Assembly: GCA_039091255.1 (NCBI GenBank)
Contig: JAWCMQ010000001.1
Coordinates: 182,500-217,013, forward strand
Direction of reading: 5' to 3'
Origin: Candidatus Aenigmatarchaeota archaeon
GTDB lineage: Archaea; Aenigmatarchaeota; Aenigmatarchaeia; GW2011-AR5; JACRAC01
DNA: 34,514 nt
The translations under genes and the position numbers were made by a program. The notes beneath the pieces are model-generated. The model searched no databases and had not been told where the DNA came from. It was given only the letters and a program-made list of their open reading frames with translations. This document shows positions 1 through 8,743 of this stretch, one piece after another. Position 1 is the first letter of the stretch. Every line of letters starts with the position of its first letter.

Positions 1-1
1 T

Positions 2-217
2 TATGCGCTGGCAATGCGCCGCTACCTCAGACTTGACAGCAGAAACGTCGTGCGCGCTCATGTTTGGAATTTGCTGCAAGATTGTGCTGGAAACTGCAGG
101 CTGAAGGTTGCCATAGTCCGTAAACTGCGCCAAGCCGGCGGCCATGACAAGCGCAACCAAAAACAGCGTAAACAGGAGCCCGCCAACAACCTTGCAAGCC
201 GCTGAAAGAAGCGTCAT
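2..217 (-). CDS. Hypothetical membrane/secreted protein, 5' part only (runs off window start)
   Basis: Manual translation from ATG at 217: MTLLSAACKVVGGLLFTLFLVALVMAAGLAQFTDYGNLQPAVSSTILQQ..., open to window edge. N-terminal hydrophobic helix; TATA-like CTTATATTT about 25 nt upstream. Confidence 0.7.
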   Translation of the reverse strand, partial: MTLLSAACKVVGGLLFTLFLVALVMAAGLAQFTDYGNLQPAVSSTILQQIPNMSAHDVSAVKSEVAAHCQRI

Positions 218-348
218 ACGCACACTATAGCGCCGTGAAATATAAGCTTGCTTCTTAAGCATCGCCCGCGTTATATGCGCAACCTGAGAAGCGTTAGGCG
301 TAAAGCAAAGCATTTATGTCCATCGGCGCCAATGCTTTCTTGCAGGTT

Positions 349-504
349 GCGCCTGTAGTCTAAAGGCCCTTTCCGAGGGAAAGCCCTGGGAAAGGAACGG
401 AGCTATCAGCTGCTAGCCGGAAAATGGTAGGACATCAAGCCTTGGAACACTGAGCGTGTAAGCCTTCCAAGCTGATTATCCGGGTTCGAATCCCGGCGGG
501 CGCA
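349..504 (+). tRNA. tRNA-Gly(UCC) with two introns (364-424 at position 15/16; 438-461 at 29/30)
   Basis: Acceptor GCGCCTG/CGGGCGC+A, D-stem GTCT/GGAC, anticodon stem TCAGC/GCTGA with loop CT-TCC-AA and T-arm CCGGG-TTCGAAT-CCCGG all form once the two inserts are removed. Strict BHB at the second insert. TTTATG box at 313-318. Confidence 0.9.
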
Positions 505-606
505 TTCGTGATTTTCTGAAAAGGCTGCAGCATGCTTTCTAGGCCGACCTCTCGATTTTCTGAAAGCACCAAAAAGCATATATAGAGGCCCGACGAGCTT
601 GATTCC

Positions 607-873
607 ATGGCAAAGCACAAATCACTCCTAATGACATACATCAAGAGGAAGCATGCCCACGAATCAGCGAGCGCGCTATTCACGCTTACAGTCCTTGTTA
701 TGCTCATCGCGGCCCTCGCAGCACCGGCTCTAATGCTGCCGCAAATTGGGTCGCAGCACAATGTGTACCCTTCGACAGGACTTGCAAGCGGGCAATCAGA
801 AGCGCTTGTTGCCATATGGCTGCTTGTGCTTGTTCTGCTCCTGCCGGTAGAAATGGCCCTGAGAAAAAGATAA
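607..873 (+). CDS. Small two-TM hypothetical membrane protein
   Basis: 88 aa with two hydrophobic stretches; TATA-like ATATATA about 25 nt upstream (leaderless); fills the gap between tRNA and secY. Confidence 0.65.
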   Translation: MAKHKSLLMTYIKRKHAHESASALFTLTVLVMLIAALAAPALMLPQIGSQHNVYPSTGLASGQSEALVAIWLLVLVLLLPVEMALRKR

Positions 874-912
874 GCTGCAGCGCTATTTCTTAGCATCGCG
901 TGCTGCGCAAGC

Positions 913-2457
913 TCATTCGAAGAATCCGCGCAGTGCCGGATGCATCTCTTCAGCATACCTAGCAGCGATAATCTCGTAGAAATTGTAGATTATCATCACC
1001 GTCAGCAGTATCCCTGTGCCTGTTCCGATGGCATTCGTCAAGTCGGCGAATGCAGCCAGCCCACCGACGGTCAGTCCTCCCAGTACCGCCAACGTCGGAA
1101 TGTATCGGTTGAGTATCTCGCGTATTATGCGCGGGTCGCGCCTGAAGCCCGGAATTTGCAATCCAAGTTCCTCTATCTGGCCGGCAACAGATTCAGCATC
1201 CATGCCCGATGTCGTGACCCATATCACCGAGAATATCACGCAGAAAAGCATGAAGAACGCAAGGTAGCCGACTACGCGAACTACATCCATTGGCAATGGC
1301 AGGCCGACCGTCACCATCGTAAGCGCAAACGCTGCCGCAAAGCCCATTGCGGCGGACATGGCAGTTATCCTGCCGACTTTTGGCATTTTCCTGTAAAAGG
1401 CTGCAAACGAGCCTGCGAAGGTTATGCCAAGCCACACGAGCATGAATAGCTGCACCGAAACGTTGTTGGGAGCGGAAAGGAAGTACATCAAGCCATCGAC
1501 TGGTTGTCCGTGTTGGTCGAAAGTCCCGAGTATGGGAATCCCCCGATTCGAGAGCATCGAACCTGCAAGCATAAGGTTGGCTAGTAGCGCGGCGGTGAGT
1601 ATGACAGGCATGTTAGACGTGTATACGAACTTCAGGGGCCATCGCCTTCCGAAGCCGCGGATAGACGTGAAGGCGAGCGGGATGTCGACGCGTATCGCCT
1701 GTATATAGATGACGACAAAAAACACGACGAGCGTTGCGGCAAGCGGCAGCAGTGTAAGCCATGCCTGGTTAAGCTCACCCAGCCTGAGGTATCCTATGGC
1801 CGCGGGTATCATGCCGGCAGGCACATCCGCACCCGGAGGCGTCAGCGGATTCAGCGCGCGCACGAATATCGTCTTTGTCACGCCTGCCGCTATAAATAGT
1901 GACACGCCGGAGCCTATGCCCCACTTGGACACAACCTCATCCATAAGCAGAACGATGATGCCGCCGGCAGCAAGTTGCCCGACTAGCAGCGCAATCATGC
2001 CAAGCGAGCGGTCTGCCGGCGCAACGACGCCGAAATTTATGTAGGCCCATGCCTCGAATAGAGCAAAGAATATCGTCAGCAGTTTTTGGACGCCCATGAA
2101 GCGTGCGCGGCCTTGTTTGGTCTTCATATCCCACGGGATGATCCCGGAGCCGACAAGAAGCTGGAGTATGATCGAAGCCGTGACTATGGGCCCGATGCCA
2201 AGCGTCATCAGCGTCCCCAACCTCGAGCCAAGCACCATTTCGAGAAACGTAAAGCGCTCGATTTCAGCGGCTGTGACGCCATAAACTGTGATTTGGCCAA
2301 GCACAAGGAATAGCAGAAGTATAGCTCCTGTCCACATGAGCCTCTGCTTGAAGCTTAGATGAACTTTCGGTTCGGCTATCGCTGGCAAGCGCTGCACAAT
2401 CCTGTCAATGATGCTAGCGCGAACAGCTTCGCCTTCGCCTAGGACCTGGTCAGCCAT
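913..2457 (-). CDS. secY: Preprotein translocase subunit SecY (Sec61alpha)
   Basis: LGIGPIVTASIILQLL, LLMDEVVSKWGIGSGVSLFIAAG, IPGFRRDPR and GTGILLTV motifs; last gene of the spc cluster. Confidence 0.98.
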   Translation of the reverse strand: MADQVLGEGEAVRASIIDRIVQRLPAIAEPKVHLSFKQRLMWTGAILLLFLVLGQITVYGVTAAEIERFTFLEMVLGSRLGTLMTLGIGPIVTASIILQLLVGSGIIPWDMKTKQGRARFMGVQKLLTIFFALFEAWAYINFGVVAPADRSLGMIALLVGQLAAGGIIVLLMDEVVSKWGIGSGVSLFIAAGVTKTIFVRALNPLTPPGADVPAGMIPAAIGYLRLGELNQAWLTLLPLAATLVVFFVVIYIQAIRVDIPLAFTSIRGFGRRWPLKFVYTSNMPVILTAALLANLMLAGSMLSNRGIPILGTFDQHGQPVDGLMYFLSAPNNVSVQLFMLVWLGITFAGSFAAFYRKMPKVGRITAMSAAMGFAAAFALTMVTVGLPLPMDVVRVVGYLAFFMLFCVIFSVIWVTTSGMDAESVAGQIEELGLQIPGFRRDPRIIREILNRYIPTLAVLGGLTVGGLAAFADLTNAIGTGTGILLTVMIIYNFYEIIAARYAEEMHPALRGFFE

Positions 2458-2944
2458 TCTTTATCACGCAAGAACGATGCTGCGCCTCCTTTCCGCTCAT
2501 GCTTTCAGATTCGCTGCCTCCGGCGCCTGAAACAATAAGCTTTCCGCCTGAGGCTTTCACTGCAGCGGCTGCTCCTTTCGATGCACGCGCGACTTTTATT
2601 TCCAGCGGGCGCGAGAGTTTCCCACGCCCCAGCAGCTTTGTGTAGCCGAGTGCTGAAAGGTCTATCTCTTTCTTGCCAGATTTCTCCGCGAACTTGTCAA
2701 CATCATCAAGGTTTATCACAACGTCCTCCGTCAAAACAGCTGCTGGAGGCTTGAACCCACGATACCCAAAGTGGTGCGGCGCATACTTGTAGACATAAGA
2801 TCGCTTGTGCTTCGTCGAACCTGCCCATCCCTTGCCCCCATGGCTTCCTTTTCCGCGGTGCTTCTTTTTCCCGCCATAGCCAGCGCCTCCTTGGCCGCGC
2901 ATCTGCCTTATGCGCGGCTCAGGGCGAGGCAATCTTTTGACCAT
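2450..2944 (-). CDS. rpl15: 50S ribosomal protein uL15
   Basis: RG..G.GYGGKKKHRGKGSHGGKGWAG, KLLGRGK; conserved position before secY. Confidence 0.97.
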   Translation of the reverse strand: MVKRLPRPEPRIRQMRGQGGAGYGGKKKHRGKGSHGGKGWAGSTKHKRSYVYKYAPHHFGYRGFKPPAAVLTEDVVINLDDVDKFAEKSGKKEIDLSALGYTKLLGRGKLSRPLEIKVARASKGAAAAVKASGGKLIVSGAGGSESESMSGKEAQHRSCVIKNG

Positions 2945-2960
2945 ATCTCGAACACCCGCT

Positions 2961-3353
2961 TCACATCATTCGCTTTACGAGTTCGTTTATGTCTGCTCCT
3001 CGGTAGCCAAGATCGCCGTTGGGCCAGTTGAGCTTCACTGATGTGAGCCCGCCAGCAGGCGGCTTCAGCCCAAAGCCACCCCTTGCGATGCGCTCCCCTA
3101 GCGCGGCCAACGTCTCAGCGGACGGTTCGCCCCAAGCTACAAAGTTCTCTACTTTTTTAATCATGCCGAGCGTAACCGGCTTGCGCTCGAGAACTGCTCC
3201 CCAATACCTGCGCTTCAAGCCGAGCATTTGCATCGTATCCTCGATTTCACCCTTCACGCCGACTTCCCCGCGCAACCTTATCACGAGTATTCTGCCAGTC
3301 TCTTCGGATTTGGCCGGGGTGCCTGCTTCTTTCTTTTTGGTCATCACCATCAC
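2961..3353 (-). CDS. rpl30: 50S ribosomal protein uL30
   Basis: VIRLRG, TMQMLGL, GMIKKV..FVAWGE, LKPPAGG, GDLGYRGADINELVKRM. Confidence 0.95.
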   Translation of the reverse strand: MMVMTKKKEAGTPAKSEETGRILVIRLRGEVGVKGEIEDTMQMLGLKRRYWGAVLERKPVTLGMIKKVENFVAWGEPSAETLAALGERIARGGFGLKPPAGGLTSVKLNWPNGDLGYRGADINELVKRMM

Positions 3354-4168
3354 TCTTCGACCTCAACGCCGCCTTCCAGTTCAGGCCGAGCAATGACATC
3401 TTCCTTCTTTGGCTTTTCTGCAAGCTCAGCTGCGATTTCCTCCAGCTCTTTGGCCTCGAGTTCGGCGGTCTCGTCTTTTTCCCTCTTTTCCTCGCCTGCG
3501 AGTTCGACAGGCGCTTTCACATCAGGCAAGTCCAGCTTCATGCGGTTCATCGATTTCAGCGCATCGTACAATGCCCATGCATAATTATATCGCGTCCGCG
3601 ACTGGCCCTCTGTTTGAGACCATATGTCACGTATCCCTGCAAGCCTCACAATCTTCTTGCCCTCATCCGCTATGCAAAGCCCTACGCCTGTCGGAGCCGG
3701 GAAAAGCTTGATGAATACCGATCCTCTTTTTCCTGATGCAACAACCGGTATAGAATGCCCTTGTTTGCACCTGCACTCCCATGAACCGCAGCCAAGCTTT
3801 ATCGGAATGATGTTCAGCTTCGCGGCATCGGTAGCCTTGCTGATGGCGATGCTGTGCTCATTCGATGTGGCTTTGCCCAAGCCAACGTAACCGAGGCTTC
3901 CGACGGCAACAAGCGCCGAAATCTTATAGCGCCTGCCTGAGCGGTGCATGCGCGCAGTCCTGCGCGTGGATGTTCGCGTAATGCCTCCACCCTTGCCCGG
4001 TGAGCCTCCGAAAAACAGCACTTCAGACTTGAGGTTGGGAAGGAGCTTGTCCACTATCCAAGGCTCGCGTATCTTCTGGCCCGTCGAAAATATCTGCTCA
4101 ATGCTTGTTATTTCGCCAGCTAGCACTTTCTTTCCAAGTTCTGTTCTTGCTTTTAACTCGTATACCAT
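3350..4168 (-). CDS. rps5: 30S ribosomal protein uS5
   Basis: RTELGKKV, RMHRSGRR, GCGSWEC, PAPTGVGL, LAGIRDIWS; acidic C-terminal tail. Confidence 0.97.
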   Translation of the reverse strand: MVYELKARTELGKKVLAGEITSIEQIFSTGQKIREPWIVDKLLPNLKSEVLFFGGSPGKGGGITRTSTRRTARMHRSGRRYKISALVAVGSLGYVGLGKATSNEHSIAISKATDAAKLNIIPIKLGCGSWECRCKQGHSIPVVASGKRGSVFIKLFPAPTGVGLCIADEGKKIVRLAGIRDIWSQTEGQSRTRYNYAWALYDALKSMNRMKLDLPDVKAPVELAGEEKREKDETAELEAKELEEIAAELAEKPKKEDVIARPELEGGVEVEE

Positions 4169-4229
4169 TCGGCTTCACCGCAAGCTAGCCCGTCCTCGCA
4201 TGCTTTGAAGGAGAGCTGATTTTGCGAAA

Positions 4230-4802
4230 TCATCCTTTAAACATAGCCTCGATTTTTGCTTTAACCTCCTCAAAGTTCTTAACTATGCTTTCGGCCTCTG
4301 ATTTGCCGAATTGCCTGGTGTGCGCCTGCGACCCCTTAAGCTTGCTTGCCCATGCAGCGATGTGCTCTCCGCGAATGCGCGCATCATCTGGCAGGTTTGC
4401 ATCACTCGCTGGCACGTCCATCCCCGCATCCTTGGCACCCTTAACAACCGCATATAACGCATTGCCCTTTGTCGAAGCCTGCAACCCTATGTCGAGCACG
4501 GCTTTTGTGATGCCCGCCTTCATAGCTTTGTGCCCAATCAGAAATCCTGTGAGATAGGACGCAGGGATGCTTCCGCAATGGCATTTCCATCCCAATTTCT
4601 TGAGGCTGCTCGAAATCTCTTCTAGCAGCGTCCTGTCTCCGTCTTCAGCGTATCGCACAATCTGCGCGTGAATATTGTCATTTCCGCGTCTTACGACAAG
4701 CCTAGGCAGGCCTGATTTCAACAAAGCGAGCCTGGCACGGTAATTAGTCCGTCTTAGCAGTCGACGCTTGAACGGCATCCTTTGGCCTGGCTTAAGCCTC
4801 AT
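4230..4802 (-). CDS. rpl18: 50S ribosomal protein uL18
   Basis: TNYRARLALLKSGLPRLVVRR, AVLDIGL, RIRGEHIA. Start reset to ATG 4802 (MRLKPG). Confidence 0.96.
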   Translation of the reverse strand: MRLKPGQRMPFKRRLLRRTNYRARLALLKSGLPRLVVRRGNDNIHAQIVRYAEDGDRTLLEEISSSLKKLGWKCHCGSIPASYLTGFLIGHKAMKAGITKAVLDIGLQASTKGNALYAVVKGAKDAGMDVPASDANLPDDARIRGEHIAAWASKLKGSQAHTRQFGKSEAESIVKNFEEVKAKIEAMFKG

Positions 4803-5328
4803 TTTTCGATTCACCTGCCACTTTTGTGCGACTAACTGTTTCGGTTGCGTGCTTCTTTTTTGCAGCTTTTTCCCTTGCCTCAACAGGCGCCTTTGTGAGC
4901 TCCTCCACGCACGCCTTTATGTGCGCCCGAGAGCGGAAATAGCCGCCACCTGATTTTCTGTACATCTGTTTGTACGTCTTCTTGTCGATCTTGCCGCTGA
5001 TGAGCAATTCTTTAAGCATTGCCCGCTGCGCGCGTATGGCGTTCATCCACGCAGATTTGCGCCTGAAACGCGCGCCAAGGGCGCCCTTGCGCGAGCCTTT
5101 GCCTTTGCGCCTGCCGGCGCGCTTTTGCTCAGCAATGTAGCGCGCACGACTTCTGCTTACGCCTGATTTTGGCTCTTCGCGTATCACTCCGCTGCCGATT
5201 AGGCGACGCACGTCAGCTGCTGTTATCGCTTGCGCAATCTCGCCAAGCTTGGCCGGATCCATCCATATGCGGGATTTGCCGCATTTCAATATCTTCGCCG
5301 CAAGGCGGCGCTGTGCTGCGACTTCCAC
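4792..5328 (-). CDS. rpl19e: 50S ribosomal protein eL19
   Basis: QRRLAAKILKCGKSRIWMDP, GRRKGKGSRKG, WMNAIRAQR. Start reset to GTG 5328 behind a GGTGA RBS. Confidence 0.96.
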   Translation of the reverse strand: MEVAAQRRLAAKILKCGKSRIWMDPAKLGEIAQAITAADVRRLIGSGVIREEPKSGVSRSRARYIAEQKRAGRRKGKGSRKGALGARFRRKSAWMNAIRAQRAMLKELLISGKIDKKTYKQMYRKSGGGYFRSRAHIKACVEELTKAPVEAREKAAKKKHATETVSRTKVAGESKNEA

Positions 5329-5335
5329 CCTCAAA

Positions 5336-5935
5336 TCACCTTGCTGATTCGGCTTTTGGTTCTGGCTCCGACTTCGGTGCCTTTTCGGAACGTGCTTTCG
5401 CTGCCGGCTTTGCTTCTTTTTCAGGTGCCCTCTCCGCTTCCGCTCCACTCGCCCCGCCTGCAGCCTGGGCTCCTGCCTTAGCGCGCTCAGCCCGCTGGCG
5501 CTCGATGACGCGCATGCGGTGCTGTGCGGCTGCGATTTTCTCCTTGTTCAATATGACGACGCCGCACTGCTCGGCTTTCATCACGATTTCGGCAACCGTC
5601 CGCAAGCCGAGTCCGGATGCGAGCACGGCTGCTTGCTTCTCTCTGTCGATGCGCGCCAAATCGGCAACGTTTTGCACAACAACAGGAAAATACCCACCAA
5701 CCATGCCGCGCCTTGCTGCGGCATGCCCAAAGCCTGCGTTCACCTTTGGCGGCTTGCCTTTTCTTCCCTGGCGCATCTTCGAATGAAGGCCAACTGGCCG
5801 CCTCCATTTCATCCCAAGCTTTTTGCATTTGAACCACTCATAGCGCAGAAAGCGACTGCGCCTTTTGCCATGGCTGCTCCGCCCTCCATCGTTCGACAGT
5901 CCAGCCGAAGATTTCGCAGCTCCGTAATCAGGCAT
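5336..5935 (-). CDS. rpl32e: 50S ribosomal protein eL32 with N- and C-terminal extensions
   Basis: FLRYEWFK.KKLG.KWRRPVGLHSKMR; position between rpl6 and rpl19e. Confidence 0.95.
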   Translation of the reverse strand: MPDYGAAKSSAGLSNDGGRSSHGKRRSRFLRYEWFKCKKLGMKWRRPVGLHSKMRQGRKGKPPKVNAGFGHAAARRGMVGGYFPVVVQNVADLARIDREKQAAVLASGLGLRTVAEIVMKAEQCGVVILNKEKIAAAQHRMRVIERQRAERAKAGAQAAGGASGAEAERAPEKEAKPAAKARSEKAPKSEPEPKAESAR

Positions 5936-6506
5936 TTGCAAACTCCCACCCTGTCATGTAGATGCCATCAAGGAAAACGCGCCTGTCGCGAGCGCGTATC
6001 CTGCAGGCGTTTTCGATGTTTGCAGCTGTCTGAGAAACGGCATCTTTATCGATGCCTACAACTGTAATCTCGTCCTTCTTAACATCGACTTTCACGCCTC
6101 CCAGCACCTTGGCCTTGCGCACAGATTTCTCGCCAAGAAAGTTTCTTATGACTATCTCATTGCCCTTGACTTCAATCGTCATGGGGAAATGCGTATGGAA
6201 AATCTTCAGCTTATAGCGATAGCCTTTGGTTACGCCAGCTATCATGTTGCTTATGTGCGCCGCAATTGCGCCCACGAAGGATTTAACTCGTCTGAGATCG
6301 GCGCCCTTGACAACTATTTTTTCATCCAGCTTTGCGATTGAAATGTCAGCATCGAATATAGGGTTGCTAAAGCGCCGCTTTAGAGAACCCTTCGGTCCGC
6401 TAACTATGACTTCACAGCCCTCTACATCAACTTTGACGCCGTTTGGAATCACTATCTCTTTTTCCACCCAAACACCTTCTGCTTCAGCGCAGCATGCCGT
6501 CTCCAA
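5928..6506 (-). CDS. rpl6: 50S ribosomal protein uL6
   Basis: GPKGSLKR, HISNMIAGVTKG, HFPM, NFLGEK, DRRVFLDGIY. Start uncertain. Confidence 0.96.
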   Translation of the reverse strand: METACCAEAEGVWVEKEIVIPNGVKVDVEGCEVIVSGPKGSLKRRFSNPIFDADISIAKLDEKIVVKGADLRRVKSFVGAIAAHISNMIAGVTKGYRYKLKIFHTHFPMTIEVKGNEIVIRNFLGEKSVRKAKVLGGVKVDVKKDEITVVGIDKDAVSQTAANIENACRIRARDRRVFLDGIYMTGWEFANA

Positions 6507-6514
6507 AGCGCTTC

Positions 6515-6889
6515 TTAATACACATACATCAGCAACCTGCCGCCGATGCCTTTTTCGATTGCTTCCTTATGCGACATTACGCCTTGCGATGTTGAAACCA
6601 CAATCAGACCCACATCGCGCGATGGAAGATAGCGCTTTTCAAACTTCTCAAACTCTTCGAGGCTCACTGGAAACCTCGGCCTGATTACACCCATCGCGTT
6701 AATTCTTCCCGCGAGCTGGATGCGTATAGTCCGCTTGCTCTCCTTGAACTGGCCAATATAGCCAGCCTTTTCCATTGCACCGAGTATCGCCTTCACAAGC
6801 TTCGAGCATGGAACAACGCACTCGCGCTTGCCTACAGCCTCTGCATTCTTTATTATCGACAACGCATCCGATAGCAGATCATGCCGCAT
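6515..6889 (-). CDS. rps8: 30S ribosomal protein uS8
   Basis: MRHDLLSDALSIIKNAE, IRPRFPV, STSQGVMSHKEA, GGRLLMYVY. Start reset to 6889. Confidence 0.96.
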   Translation of the reverse strand: MRHDLLSDALSIIKNAEAVGKRECVVPCSKLVKAILGAMEKAGYIGQFKESKRTIRIQLAGRINAMGVIRPRFPVSLEEFEKFEKRYLPSRDVGLIVVSTSQGVMSHKEAIEKGIGGRLLMYVY

Positions 6890-6894
6890 TGCTC

Positions 6895-7053
6895 TCACCG
6901 ATACTTTTTGAACCCTATGTCTTCCGCGACCTCGCGGAAGCACTTGCGACAATAGTTCAATCGATATTTTCGGATTATAGCTTCCATATTGCCGCACCGC
7001 ACGCACTTATGCGCGCCTTTTCCAAACTTTCGCTTGACAGCTTTCAGTCGCAT
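6895..7053 (-). CDS. rps14: 30S ribosomal protein uS14 (Zn-binding), absent from ORF track
   Basis: Manual translation [52 protein letters not shown]; CxxC...CRxCFRE motif; canonical position. Confidence 0.97.
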   Translation of the reverse strand: MRLKAVKRKFGKGAHKCVRCGNMEAIIRKYRLNYCRKCFREVAEDIGFKKYR

Positions 7054-7059
7054 GGGTTA

Positions 7060-7632
7060 TCACTTATCGCTCTCGATGATCCTTACGCCGTACTCGCGCT
7101 TCATAAACTCCATCGCATCAGCCGCAGTTAATGCGTGCTTTTTGCCGATGACACTGGCGATGCGCTTGCGCTTGATGCTATACCCTGGACGTTCGAGGGT
7201 CACACAAACGTTAAATCCTATCATAGGCATTTTGGGGTCGTAAGCTACACCAGGCACATCAATGTACTCCTTCACGCCGAAATTGACGTTGCCTGTGGCA
7301 TCGAAGCAGCTCGCCGGCAACTTGCCTTCGCGAGCTTGCAGCAGGCGCTTAAGCAACGCCACAGCAGCATGCTTTCGAACCGTGACCTTGCAGCCGATGG
7401 GCTTGCCCTTGGCGATGTTGAAGGTGCTGCGCGTGCGCGATTTCGTTATCACGACGTTCCGAGCAGCCACGCGTTCCAACAAAGTCTTGGCTATGTCAAT
7501 AGGCAGCCTCGTGCCGCAACCGATGTTGAGCACAACCTTCTCCACGCGCACGGCGCGCATTGGGTTTTGTGCCCTTGCTTGTGCAGCGCTGTGTTCGGCG
7601 GCGGCCGTTATCCCTTCAGCACCCATCATCAT
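7060..7632 (-). CDS. rpl5: 50S ribosomal protein uL5
   Basis: NPMRAVRVEKVVLNIG, PIGCKVTVR, FDATGNVNFGVKEYID, LERPGY. Confidence 0.97.
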   Translation of the reverse strand: MMMGAEGITAAAEHSAAQARAQNPMRAVRVEKVVLNIGCGTRLPIDIAKTLLERVAARNVVITKSRTRSTFNIAKGKPIGCKVTVRKHAAVALLKRLLQAREGKLPASCFDATGNVNFGVKEYIDVPGVAYDPKMPMIGFNVCVTLERPGYSIKRKRIASVIGKKHALTAADAMEFMKREYGVRIIESDK

Positions 7633-7636
7633 TCAC

Positions 7637-8323
7637 CTACAGCGTAATCAGCGGCTTGTCCTGGCCAATTGCGAACGCGAAAGCCTTCAGCGTTTCGGTT
7701 GTTTCTTTATCATGCCTGATGACCACGCGATTCGGCTGAGAGCGGCGCAGCACAATGATGTCTTCGACTCTGCCCATCTTGCCGCGGTTGATGCCATCAG
7801 CTATCAGCACAAGCGTGCCGCGCTTGAATTGAACATGTCCTTTGATGGTGCTGTCGACTAGATCGTAAACCACAACATCGGATGTCCTGTAGACATCCTT
7901 GTCCACAAGCATGTTGCGTCCGTCATGGAAGTTAAGCTGAGTCTTGCCTCGGACGTTCGTCTTGCCGACCACTTTGAGCAGCTTTATTCTGCTCTCTGCT
8001 TCGCTAATGGGCTTGAGCTCAAGGCCGCGCTTGCAGGGCAATACACGCCAGTACTTGTCGCCGACTGCGAGGACATCCATAAGACCAACAGGAAAGCCCA
8101 TATCCTTTCGCACGCGGCCATCGATTTTCACGGCCCTGTTATTGAGCAAGCTGCGCGCCTCACGCGCATTCTCTGCTATGCCAAGCACATCGCGCAATAT
8201 ATGGCCGAGCGGCAGGCATGCTGACTTTGCATGCGGTCCAGGCCGTGGCACTATCGCATATCGCGCCTTTGCCTTGCGCACAATTTTCCACAACTTCGGA
8301 GATGCCATGCGCTTTATGATCAT
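7637..8323 (-). CDS. rps4e: 30S ribosomal protein eS4
   Basis: KRMASPKLW, PRPGPH, DGRVRKD..FPVGLMDV, HDGRN. Confidence 0.97.
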   Translation of the reverse strand: MIIKRMASPKLWKIVRKAKARYAIVPRPGPHAKSACLPLGHILRDVLGIAENAREARSLLNNRAVKIDGRVRKDMGFPVGLMDVLAVGDKYWRVLPCKRGLELKPISEAESRIKLLKVVGKTNVRGKTQLNFHDGRNMLVDKDVYRTSDVVVYDLVDSTIKGHVQFKRGTLVLIADGINRGKMGRVEDIIVLRRSQPNRVVIRHDKETTETLKAFAFAIGQDKPLITL

Positions 8324-8736
8324 GCCTTACCACCAGCTTTAGCAAGCGCTGCTTGCGCTTTTTTCTGGAGCGTTTTCATGCGCTCTTTGTCATCCATGTT
8401 TAGCCGCAGCACCACCACGTTTGAAGGCTCGATCGCAGCGTCAACCTCTTGGCCTGACGCCTTTTTGCGCTTGAGCCCCTCAACGAACACCTTAAGCGTC
8501 TTGAGATCAACGCGAGAGACTTTGCCGCTCTTTCCTCTGAACTCACCCCGCATCACGCGGACCTCATCGCCCTTGCGAAGCGGCACGGCGCGGCGCATGT
8601 GCTGCTTTCGGAGCTCCTTAGATAAGTGAGCTGACACAAGCTTATGCCGAACATGAAGAGGCGCATTTGCGCGCCATTTGCGCTGCTTGCGCGGCTGCTT
8701 TGACGAAATCCAATATCGCGACCACAGTTTCTTCAT
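8320..8736 (-). CDS. rpl24: 50S ribosomal protein uL24
   Basis: SSKQPRKQRK..NAPLH, RKGDEVRVMRG KOW motif. Confidence 0.96.
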   Translation of the reverse strand: MKKLWSRYWISSKQPRKQRKWRANAPLHVRHKLVSAHLSKELRKQHMRRAVPLRKGDEVRVMRGEFRGKSGKVSRVDLKTLKVFVEGLKRKKASGQEVDAAIEPSNVVVLRLNMDDKERMKTLQKKAQAALAKAGGKA

Positions 8737-8743
8737 AGCATCA

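Noticed and set aside
441-447. Alternative tRNA-Pro(UGG) reading from CTTGGAA in the intron
   Set aside because: It needs a bulged anticodon stem and has no BHB at 37/38; the Gly(UCC) splice has a strict BHB.
510-566. 12-bp direct repeat GATTTTCTGAAA downstream of the tRNA
   Set aside because: Only two copies, not a tRNA 3'-end duplication, no mobile-element genes; could be terminator tracts.
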